Origin: Kiritimatiellia bacterium
Lineage (GTDB): Bacteria; Verrucomicrobiota; Kiritimatiellia; JAAZAB01
Direction: 5' to 3'
Length of the DNA stretch: 64,000 nucleotides
Assembly (NCBI GenBank): GCA_040767085.1
Contig: JAXGPF010000006.1
Coordinates: 64,001-128,000, forward strand
Shown piece by piece: positions 1 to 8,110 of the stretch. Every line of letters starts with the position of its first letter. The stretch's first letter is position 1. The notes under the pieces are model-generated. The model was not told the origin of the DNA. It did not search any database and saw nothing but the letters and a program-made list of their open reading frames with translations. The translations under genes were made by a program, and so were the position numbers.

Positions 1-1295
1 TACTTGGCTTGATACGCGCTGGAATTGGTGAGCATCGCCGACGGAGCAGAGAACGACCAGTAGGCTGTCGCCTCGGATACAATTCCTGTGGTGACTACAG
101 TAAGCGTATTGGAATATTTTTCGAAATAAAAGTTTGTGATCAACATCACGGGGTTGGAGATCATCGTAGAATACGGCATTCCCCAAGGACCCTGGCCCCA
201 ATATACATCTTGCCCTTGATAAATAAAAGTTCTGTTGACCGGGGTGTCACCAAAATTATATGTATCGCCGGACAAACGCCAGGAAACACCATTGTCAAAA
301 CTCCACTGGCCATAGTTGATGTCGTTGGAAGCTCCATCCCTTAAATAAATTTGAGTCAGTTTACTGCCGCTATAGGTGTAATTGCCAATGTAATCAGTAG
401 TTACGTCTTTGGCATTTAGTTTTGAGACTGCGCTGGCAGTCGAATATCCAGCAATCGACCCAAATGTCACTGTGTACGTGCCAACCGGGGCATCGGGGAT
501 GTTGGTCACCCCTGTGCCAAATGTGGAGTTAGTGTAATCAGTCGGATACTGGGTAATCTCCCATGTGGCATTCGTCAACGGATTGGCATATTCATCTTGC
601 GGCAGTATATGAATGTCGCCGTATTGCCGTGTGTAAATACCGGTCACAGCCTGGGGATCAGCGCCGGTCACGTTAGTGGTTACATTACCAGGCTTATCGT
701 AGCCTGGCAGATTGGAAAACACGATCGTGACCGCCCCGGTAGGCAAGGGATATAAAGGTGTTTCCACCGGCGAGCCATCACCGTAATGTATTTGCGTGTA
801 CTTGGCTTGATACGCGCTGGAGTTGGTGAGCATCGCCGACGGCGAAAGGAATGACCAATAGGCATTCGTCTCCGTCACGATGCCCGTAGTGACGACTGAC
901 AGCGTGTTGGAATATTTAAAAAAGTAGAAGTTAGTGGTAGTATCCAGATCGGGATTGACCACCCAAGTCTCATGGGGCATGCCCCACTGGCCGTTGGAAG
1001 CGTTAATGCTCCAGTAAACATCCTTGCCGCGATAAATAAACTCAATGTCGCGGGAAGTTCCGCCCAGGTCAACGAATGAACCGGAATTATGCCAGGTGGA
1101 GCCGTCGGTATTCAGCCATTCCGTCCCGGACAGATGCGTGCCGTCGGTGGCGCGCAAATACAACCGGATGGCCCAGGCGGGATGCGTGATCAGGGCGCCG
1201 GCGGCGAGGCACAGCCCCAACAGGCAGGCGCGCAGTCCGCGCGCCCAGCGATATCGGCCGGAAATCCGGCTTATTTTATTCAATTCGCGTGTCAT
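1..1295 (-). CDS. Large secreted beta-rich repeat protein (PEGA/Ig-like modules), partial, runs off the left edge
   Basis: Absent from the ORF track because it has no stop in the window. Manual translation from ATG 1295 is open to base 1: MTRELNK...LLGLCLAAGALITHPAWA (signal peptide). The motif YWSFxxPSAMLTNSSAYQAK recurs at a 798-nt (266-aa) period (nt 799 and nt 1). Confidence 0.85.
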   Translation of the reverse strand, partial: MTRELNKISRISGRYRWARGLRACLLGLCLAAGALITHPAWAIRLYLRATDGTHLSGTEWLNTDGSTWHNSGSFVDLGGTSRDIEFIYRGKDVYWSINASNGQWGMPHETWVVNPDLDTTTNFYFFKYSNTLSVVTTGIVTETNAYWSFLSPSAMLTNSSAYQAKYTQIHYGDGSPVETPLYPLPTGAVTIVFSNLPGYDKPGNVTTNVTGADPQAVTGIYTRQYGDIHILPQDEYANPLTNATWEITQYPTDYTNSTFGTGVTNIPDAPVGTYTVTFGSIAGYSTASAVSKLNAKDVTTDYIGNYTYSGSKLTQIYLRDGASNDINYGQWSFDNGVSWRLSGDTYNFGDTPVNRTFIYQGQDVYWGQGPWGMPYSTMISNPVMLITNFYFEKYSNTLTVVTTGIVSEATAYWSFSAPSAMLTNSSAYQAK

Positions 1296-1407
1296 GGCGT
1301 TATTCTCGTTTTGATTATTTGAACCAGGCTTTGTTCTGTCTTTACCATTAAATTAAACTACCATATCCTTGGTTGAGACGCAATGTTTTTTTCTCAATTT
1401 TAAAACA

Positions 1408-1543
1408 CGTAGTGCGCCACTACTTGGCGCAATTCGGATGCCGGACGCCGAACGCCGTTCGGCGCTACAGCCGGAATTCGGACGGCCAAATTGCGCGCCG
1501 GTTGAGCCTGATTTACGGCTGTAGTGCGCTACGGCGTGGCACA
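1408..1543. repeat. GTAG/CTAC-type palindromic REP-like cluster
   Basis: Intergenic stretch with cgtagtgcgccactac, cgccgaacgccgttcggcgctacagccg and cggctgtagtgcgctacg short palindromes. Confidence 0.4.
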
Positions 1544-1583
1544 TTCCGCCTCCGTCATTCCGGTCAAAACACTGGACGCGGAC

Positions 1584-3788
1584 TCACGACTGATCATCCA
1601 TCCGAACGACTTCCACCGGGCATTCGGGAATGGCTTGCATAAACACCCGGCCGTAGCGTCTGGTGGAAATGCGGGAATCCAGCACGACGATGATTCCCTC
1701 GTCCGTGGCGGACCGGATCAGGCGCCCCACCCCCTGGCGGAATTTCAAGACGGCTTCCGGCAGGGAATACTCCCAGAAGGCGTCGCCGCCGCGCGCGCGG
1801 ATCAAATCCATGCGGGCCTTGGTCACCGGCTCATCGGGCACGGCAAACGGCAGGCGGGTGATGATGACATTGCTCAAGGCCTCGCCGCGCACGTCCACGC
1901 CCATCCAAAAACTGTCCAGCCCGAACAAAACCGCCCGGCCGGACTCCCGGAAACGGCGTAGCATGGCATGCCGCGACAGGCCCTGCCCCTGCACCAGCAG
2001 CGGCAAATCCAGCTCCTCCAGAAATGGCGCCAGGCGCTGCGCGATCTCCCGCATCAAGACTGCGTTGGTAAACAGGACAAACGCCCGGCCGCCCGTCTTC
2101 CGGAGAAAAAAACGGATGTTGGTTTCGAGGGCCGCGGCAAATCCCTCCGCACGCGGGTCGGGCATGTCTTCCACGACGAACAAGCGCATCTGGCGCATGT
2201 AATCGAAGGGGGAGTTGACGATCAATTCCGCGGCTTCCGCCCCGCCGATGCGCTCTTTGAAATATTTGATGCTGCCATCGACCGAGAGGGTGGCGGAAGT
2301 CAACACCACCGACTCAAACCCTTTAAACAAAGCATCTTGCAACATGGGCCCAACCTCCACCGGCGCGGAGCACAGGCTGTATTTAATATACCCGGCGCGG
2401 TGGCTGCCGCGGGCGAATTCGGTTTCTACCCAGTAAACCTGGTTGGCCAGGGACTGCCGCATGAAAGCCTGCAGGCTTTCGCACATGGCCTGGCCGCGCC
2501 GGGCCAGGGCGGTCAGTTCCGTCTGCATGTCCAGGCTCTCCGTTGCCTCGGCCTGCCGCTTTAAAATCGCGCTGATTTCACGCAGGCGCTCGGGCAACAT
2601 GCCGGCGCAATCGAGCGGTTGCTGCGCTACCCGCCGGGTCTCGCGGCCTTCCAAGCCGGCCCACTGGTGGATGCTCTCGAAAAAAACCTCCGCATCATGC
2701 CAGGCATGTTGCAGCAACTGGACGCCATCGGCATCGCCCAACGCGACCATCAGGCCGCGCCCGGCGGATTTCCGGCGATGGCTTTCATCCTGGGCGGCAT
2801 CGCCATTGTACAACCGGCGCAGCCAGAATTCCAGCCCGCCCTGGGTCAGGCGCAGGCCGAAATGCTCGCTGGCCACCGACTCGATACAATGCGCTTCATC
2901 CAGCACCAGCGTGTCGAATTCCGGCAAAAAGCCGGTTTCCAGGCCGCTGGCGCCGGGCGCCAGTCCCATGGCAAGATTTGAAAAAAAGAGGTGGTGGTTG
3001 AGAATCAACAGGTCGGCGTCAAACGCGGCGGCCCGGGCGCGCATCAGGAAACATCGCCGGTAATACTGGCACTTGCGATTCAAACAGTTGTCATATTCCG
3101 CGCACACCTGCCGCCATAAATCCGGCGGGGGCGGCTCCAAAGCGCCATCGCTGAAGGCCGATATGCTGCCGTCAAACACGGCCGCGGACGTGGCGACGTC
3201 CCCGGACGTGGCGACGTCATCGGCTCCGGATGCTGCGACGCCGGCCAGTGACATTTCCTCGGCCATGCGCACCAGTTCCTCGAGGTCGGCGGCCTGGTTC
3301 TGGTAGAACAAGTCCGGCCCCAACTGCCGGGCGAGGAACAGGCGGCGCAGGCACAGGTAATTGTTGCGGCCCTTACAAATCACCGCCCTTAAATTCAGGC
3401 CCATCCGGCGCAACAGGAACGGGATGTCACGCCGCGCCAATTGCTCCTGCAGATTGATGGTATAAGTCGAAACCGCGACGGGCTTCTCCCCGCCCTCCGC
3501 GGCCAGGCGCAGTAATGGGGCCAGGTAGGCAAAGGTTTTGCCGACCCCCGTGCCGGCTTCCACCGCCAGATGTTCCGGGGTCAGGATGGCGTTGGCCACC
3601 GCCAGGGCCATGGCGCGTTGCTGCGGCCGTTCTTCGTAAACAAAATCATCGGCATCCGCCGACGGGATGCCGTCCGCCGACGGCGGCCGGCCGGCCAGCA
3701 AGCCGGACGGGCCGAACAAGGCGTCCACATCTTCCAGGATGCCGGCTTGCATTTTATCGGTTGAATTATTCTGGATGGAAGCGATCAT
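1584..3788 (-). CDS. dinG: DinG/YoaA-family ATP-dependent DNA helicase with Fe-S cluster
   Basis: ERPQQ Q-motif, EAGTGVGKT Walker A, KGRNNYLC, Cys cluster, DEAH, TSATL, GVDVRG, QGVGRLIR. Start uncertain (3788 or 3752). Confidence 0.9.
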   Translation of the reverse strand: MIASIQNNSTDKMQAGILEDVDALFGPSGLLAGRPPSADGIPSADADDFVYEERPQQRAMALAVANAILTPEHLAVEAGTGVGKTFAYLAPLLRLAAEGGEKPVAVSTYTINLQEQLARRDIPFLLRRMGLNLRAVICKGRNNYLCLRRLFLARQLGPDLFYQNQAADLEELVRMAEEMSLAGVAASGADDVATSGDVATSAAVFDGSISAFSDGALEPPPPDLWRQVCAEYDNCLNRKCQYYRRCFLMRARAAAFDADLLILNHHLFFSNLAMGLAPGASGLETGFLPEFDTLVLDEAHCIESVASEHFGLRLTQGGLEFWLRRLYNGDAAQDESHRRKSAGRGLMVALGDADGVQLLQHAWHDAEVFFESIHQWAGLEGRETRRVAQQPLDCAGMLPERLREISAILKRQAEATESLDMQTELTALARRGQAMCESLQAFMRQSLANQVYWVETEFARGSHRAGYIKYSLCSAPVEVGPMLQDALFKGFESVVLTSATLSVDGSIKYFKERIGGAEAAELIVNSPFDYMRQMRLFVVEDMPDPRAEGFAAALETNIRFFLRKTGGRAFVLFTNAVLMREIAQRLAPFLEELDLPLLVQGQGLSRHAMLRRFRESGRAVLFGLDSFWMGVDVRGEALSNVIITRLPFAVPDEPVTKARMDLIRARGGDAFWEYSLPEAVLKFRQGVGRLIRSATDEGIIVVLDSRISTRRYGRVFMQAIPECPVEVVRMDDQS

Positions 3789-4080
3789 TGCGCATATCCG
3801 GCCAATAAAATTCCTGAATTTTGCATGAATATTGGCGTTGAAATGATTTGAAGCAATCACAGAGCGTGCAAATTAATTTTTGCACGATTAACTACTGTCA
3901 CCCATATGGTTACGCGAGCATATTTTCCAGAAACGCCAATATTCCCCGGCGGCCGGCCGCGCGATTTTGGCGCGGTGCAGCGTTGGCAAGGGTTCCATGT
4001 ATATGAATACACCATCACCCTCGCCGCCTTGCCCCGCGCCAAACTTGCGCGGTGCAAAATTCAGGAAATTAAAAAAAGAC

Positions 4081-4109
4081 TTGCCCTATCGGGCAGCTTA
4101 TGGCACATT
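4081..4109 (+). promoter_or_regulatory. Putative sigma70 promoter for tRNA-Gly
   Basis: TTGCCC-17 nt-CACATT, with an upstream A-tract and TG before the -10. Confidence 0.4.
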
Positions 4110-4131
4110 AACTGCGAATCAAGCAGCAAAA

Positions 4132-4206
4132 GCGAGCGTAGCTCAGTGGTAGAGCTCTACCTTGCCAAGGTAGATGTCGAGGGTTCGAATCCCTTCGCTC
4201 GCTCCA
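4132..4206 (+). tRNA. tRNA-Gly (anticodon GCC)
   Basis: GCGAGCG/CGCTCGC acceptor stem, TAGCTCAGTGGTAGAGC D-arm, CTACC-TTGCCAA-GGTAG anticodon arm, GGTTCGAATCC T-arm, encoded CCA. Confidence 0.97.
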
Positions 4207-4259
4207 TCTTCTTCCGTCGTCCCTGCCATCCCGATGGAGGTTGGGAGCGGATTTTTTTC

Positions 4260-4380
4260 TCTCACAAAGCCACAAAGTCACCAAGCAAGCATCATTCCTC
4301 CTTCGTGGCTTAGTGTCTTTGTGAGAGATCATTTTCTCCGTCTCTGCCCCTCTGTGCCTATGTGCCTTTGCCCCTCTCTG
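4260..4380. repeat. Periodic imperfect hairpin (TCTCA...TGAGA) followed by an 8-mer ctntgtgc/ctntgccc run
   Basis: ~26-bp inverted arms with 8-nt internal periodicity (4260-4326), then a tandem 8-mer run overlapping the pgi stop. Same layout at 22928-23030. Confidence 0.7.
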
Positions 4381-6004
4381 TTTGTCTGAAAAACCGGATC
4401 AGGGCGTTGGTCGAGGAATCGTGCTGCAAGTCCGGTTCCGCTGGGCTCTGCAACTCCGGCAGTATTTTCCCGGCAAGCTCCTTGCCCAATTGCACACCCC
4501 ACTGGTCGAAGGAATAAATCTGCCAGATTACGCCCTGGACGAAAATTTTATGCTCATACAGGGCAATCAACCGCCCCAGCACGGCCGGCGTCAATTCTTC
4601 GGCCATGATGGTGTTGGTGGGGCGGTTGCCTTCAAAAGTCTTGTGAGGAATCAAATCGCCCGGCACGCCGGCCGCCTGCAGTTCCGCCGGCGTGCGCCCG
4701 AAAGCCAGGGCCGCGGTCTGCGCGAAGAAATTCGCCATGAGCTTGGCGTGATGATCGCCGGTGGGATGATGCGAACGGCAGAAACCGATGAAGTCCGCCG
4801 GCACAAGCTTGGTGCCCTGGTGGATCAACTGGTAGAAGGCATGCTGGCCGTTAGTGCCCGGCTCGCCCCAGATGATCGGCCCGGTCTGCCACGCCACCCG
4901 GCGGCCGCGCCGGTCAACATACTTGCCGTTGCTTTCCATGTCCGCCTGTTGCAGGTAGGCCGGGAACCGGCACAGGGACTGGTCATAAGGCAGGATGGCA
5001 TGGGTCTGGGCGTCGCAGAAATTGTTGTGCCAAATCCCCAGCAACGCCAGCAGCACCGGCAGATTCAGTTCCGGCGGCGCATCGCGGAAATGGTTGTCCA
5101 TGGCATGGAACCCGTCCAGCATCTCCGAGAAATGCTCCGGACCAATGGCCAGCATCAGGCCCAGTCCCACCGCCGAGCAGAGGGAATACCGGCCGCCCAC
5201 CCAATCCCAGAACTCGAACATGTTGCCGGCGTCAATCCCGAATGCCCCGACCGCCTCGGCATTGGTGGAGACAGCGACAAAATGCCGGGCCACGGCCGCG
5301 GACTGCTTCAAGGTGTACAGCAGCCAGTCGCGCGCCGTCAGCGCGTTGGTCATGGTTTCCTGCGTGGTGAATGTCTTGGAGGTGACGATGAAGAGCGTCT
5401 CCTCCGGGCACATCTCCCGCAACGCTTCGCACAGGTGCGTAGCATCCACATTGGACACGAACCGCACCTGGAGCTCATGCCGCGCGTAGGGTCGCAGGGC
5501 CGCGCAAGCCATCGCCGGCCCCAGATCGGATCCGCCGATACCGATGTTGACCACATTGCGGATCGGCTTGCCGGTGAATCCGCGCCATTCGCCGTCGCGC
5601 ACCGCCGCGGCAAATTGCCCCATCTTGTCAAGGACGCGGTTGACTTCCGGCATGACATCCCGGCCATCCACCAGGATCGGCGTATTGGAGCGGTTGCGCA
5701 GGGCGATATGGAGCGCCGCGCGATTTTCGGTGCGGTTGATGGCCGCGCCGGCGAACATGGCCGCGCGCGCCGCCGGCAGCCCGCACGCCGCCGCCAGCGC
5801 CTGCAGCAGGCGCATGGTTTCCGCCGTGATCCGGTTTTTAGAGTAATCCAGCAATAACCCCGCCGCTTCCACGGTAAAATGCCGCGCGCGTTCCGGGTCC
5901 GCCGCGAACAATTCGCGCAAATGCGCCGTCCGCATCTGCACGGCATGCGCCGCCAGCGCCCGCCATTCCGGCAGGTCCGTCAAAGGTTTGTCCAAATTAA
6001 GCAT
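4358..6004 (-). CDS. pgi: Glucose-6-phosphate isomerase
   Basis: [42 protein letters not shown], FDQWGVxLGK motifs. Confidence 0.98.
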   Translation of the reverse strand: MLNLDKPLTDLPEWRALAAHAVQMRTAHLRELFAADPERARHFTVEAAGLLLDYSKNRITAETMRLLQALAAACGLPAARAAMFAGAAINRTENRAALHIALRNRSNTPILVDGRDVMPEVNRVLDKMGQFAAAVRDGEWRGFTGKPIRNVVNIGIGGSDLGPAMACAALRPYARHELQVRFVSNVDATHLCEALREMCPEETLFIVTSKTFTTQETMTNALTARDWLLYTLKQSAAVARHFVAVSTNAEAVGAFGIDAGNMFEFWDWVGGRYSLCSAVGLGLMLAIGPEHFSEMLDGFHAMDNHFRDAPPELNLPVLLALLGIWHNNFCDAQTHAILPYDQSLCRFPAYLQQADMESNGKYVDRRGRRVAWQTGPIIWGEPGTNGQHAFYQLIHQGTKLVPADFIGFCRSHHPTGDHHAKLMANFFAQTAALAFGRTPAELQAAGVPGDLIPHKTFEGNRPTNTIMAEELTPAVLGRLIALYEHKIFVQGVIWQIYSFDQWGVQLGKELAGKILPELQSPAEPDLQHDSSTNALIRFFRQTERGKGT

Positions 6005-6179
6005 GGTGTTTGATCTCCCGTCCGTGGTTCACCCGCCGCCCGCCATGGTCGGCCGATCGCAGCTCACGGATAATGCCGCGCTGTTTGCCAAACCGCTCCA
6101 TACTACCGCGCCGCGGAAAAAATTGCAAATCCCGCATATAAGCTTGCCTATCCGGCGCCGGCCGCTTATATTTTCCGGC

Positions 6180-6914
6180 ATGTCGAATCTTTTGGTCATC
6201 ATCCCAACCTATAACGAGTCCGACAATGTGCGCGGGATCGCCGCCGCCGTTTTCGCCGCGGCGCCCGCCGCCCACCTGCTGCTGGTGGACGATAATTCGC
6301 CGGATGGCACGGGCCGGATTGCCGACACCATGGCCGCCGCCGACCCGCGGGTCCACGTGCTGCACCGCCCCGGCAAAAGCGGCCTGGGCCGGGCCTACAT
6401 CGCCGGGTTTCAATGGGCGCTGGAACGCGAATACCGGTTCATCATGGAGATGGACGCCGATTTCTCACATAACCCCGCCGATATCCCCCGCTTTATCCAG
6501 GCCATGGACCAGGCCGACCTGGTGTTGGGCTCGCGCTACATTAACGGGATCCGCATCATCAACTGGCCGCTCGAACGGCTGATCCTGAGCAAGGCCGCCA
6601 GCATGTATGTGCGCCTGCTCACCCGCATGCCGTTCAGCGATCCCACCGGCGGATTCAAATGCTTCCGCCGCGAGGTGCTCGCCGCGATCAACCTGAATGA
6701 AATCGTCTCCAACGGTTATTCCTTCCAGATCGAGATGACGCACACCGCCTGGCGTAACGGCTTCCGCATTGCCGAGATTCCGATAATTTTCGAGGACCGG
6801 CGCTCCGGCCGTTCCAAGATGCATTCGTCCATCGTTCGGGAAGCTTTGTGGATGGTGCTCAAGCTGAGCTTCCGCCGCCGGCGGCACAAATTGCAGGCCA
6901 ATCCGGCAGCGTAG
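6180..6914 (+). CDS. GT2 polyprenol-monophosphomannose synthase (Dpm1/Ppm1-like)
   Basis: IIPTYNE, VDDNSPDGTG, MDADFSH, GSRY, GYSFQIEM. Start moved to ATG 6180. Confidence 0.9.
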   Translation: MSNLLVIIPTYNESDNVRGIAAAVFAAAPAAHLLLVDDNSPDGTGRIADTMAAADPRVHVLHRPGKSGLGRAYIAGFQWALEREYRFIMEMDADFSHNPADIPRFIQAMDQADLVLGSRYINGIRIINWPLERLILSKAASMYVRLLTRMPFSDPTGGFKCFRREVLAAINLNEIVSNGYSFQIEMTHTAWRNGFRIAEIPIIFEDRRSGRSKMHSSIVREALWMVLKLSFRRRRHKLQANPAA

Positions 6915-6948
6915 TCCGATGAAGCAGGGCGCAGGCCGGATGTCGCAG

Positions 6949-6974
6949 GTAGGGCGCGATCTCCGAGCGCGCCG
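6949..6974 (+). repeat. GTAG-type REP
   Basis: GTAGGGCGCGATCTCCGAGCGCGCCG; identical inverted copy at 10970-10995. Confidence 0.75.
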
Positions 6975-7005
6975 CTCCGGGAATGATGCCGAATTGGAAC
7001 CAACC

Positions 7006-7935
7006 ATGCCCCCCAATCCTCCGCCCATGATTGACACCCCGCCGCCCCGCTGGCTGGATTACATCCAGGCGCTGCGGCCCCGGCAGTGGATCAAAAACGG
7101 GGTGGTACTGGCCGCTTATTTTTTCGCACTGGGCGATAAAAACCAGCAGGTGCCGCCCGCCGCCTTTTTTACCGCGTTGGCCGCGGCGGCGTTCTTCACC
7201 ATCGCCGCCGCCGGCATTTATCTCTTTAACGACCTGCGCGACCGGGAACTCGACCGCGCCCACCCGGTAAAATGCCGCCGCCCGATAGCCGCCGGGCGGA
7301 TTCCGCCGCTAGCGGCGGCCGGCATGGGAACTGCCTTGCTGGCCGGCGGCCTGGCGGGGGCCTGGCTGCTGGCGCCGGGTTTCGCCCTGGCGCTGGGCGG
7401 GTACATACTCCTGCAGATTTGCTACACCCTTTTCCTCAAACAACTGCACCTGGTGGACGTTTTTGTGATTGCCATCGGATTTGTGCTGCGCGCCGCGGGC
7501 GGCGGCCTGGCAATTGATGTGCGCATTTCGCCCTGGCTGATCATCTGCACTTTTCTGATGGCGCTGTTTCTGGCGCTCTGCAAGCGCCGGCATGAAATGC
7601 AGTTGGGCGCCGATAACGGCGGCGCGGCCGCCTTGCGCCCCAGCCTGGCCGCCAGCAGCACATTGCTGCTGGACCAATTGATCGCCATTACCGCCGGCGC
7701 CGTGGTGATCGCCTATGCCATTTACACCCAGTGGCCGGAAACCGTCGCCAAATTTCAAACCCACCGGCTTTACCTGACCCTGCCCTTCGTCGTGTTCGGA
7801 GTCTTCCGCTACCTCGACCGGGTGTACATCCATGACCGCGGCGGGGAGCCGGAATCCGTCCTGCTGGCCGACATCCCGCTCCTGGCGGACATCGCCCTGT
7901 TCGCCCTGGCGGTCCTGGCCATCACCTGTTTCTGA
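7006..7935 (+). CDS. UbiA-family decaprenyl-phosphate phosphoribosyltransferase-like membrane protein
   Basis: RPRQWIKN, YLFNDLRDRELDRAHPVKxxRPIAAG, LALCKRRHE, FGVFRYL; many TM helices. Confidence 0.88.
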   Translation: MPPNPPPMIDTPPPRWLDYIQALRPRQWIKNGVVLAAYFFALGDKNQQVPPAAFFTALAAAAFFTIAAAGIYLFNDLRDRELDRAHPVKCRRPIAAGRIPPLAAAGMGTALLAGGLAGAWLLAPGFALALGGYILLQICYTLFLKQLHLVDVFVIAIGFVLRAAGGGLAIDVRISPWLIICTFLMALFLALCKRRHEMQLGADNGGAAALRPSLAASSTLLLDQLIAITAGAVVIAYAIYTQWPETVAKFQTHRLYLTLPFVVFGVFRYLDRVYIHDRGGEPESVLLADIPLLADIALFALAVLAITCF

Positions 7936-7991
7936 TTTCCAAAGTCGTCCCCTGCCACCTTGCGTGGCAGGAACGAAAGGTTACAGGTTCA

Positions 7992-8101
7992 CCACAAAAG
8001 AACGCGAAAGAGCACAAAAGTGAAAACCTCTTTTTTGCGTCTCTTGCGTTCTTTTGCGTTCTTTTGTGGATAATTCAAAATCCCGAACACCGAACACTTT
8101 T
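7992..8101. repeat. 10-nt-periodic hairpin (ccacaaaagaacgc...gcgttcttttgtgg) plus a ccgaaca 7-mer end motif
   Basis: Inverted arms 7992-8020 and 8030-8069, followed by cccgaacaccgaacacttt. Lies between convergent genes. Confidence 0.7.
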
Positions 8102-8110
8102 TGAACCCCG

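Noticed and set aside
1-860. Repeat pair as a diversity-generating retroelement TR/VR
   Set aside because: The differences are not adenine-specific, both copies are in-frame parts of one protein, and no reverse transcriptase is present.
1584-3788. DinG as a type IV CRISPR-associated helicase
   Set aside because: It is a full-length Fe-S YoaA/DinG type in housekeeping context, with no csf genes or array.
4132-4260. tRNA-Gly as an integration site
   Set aside because: No integrase and no duplicated tRNA 3' end were seen; pgi follows directly.
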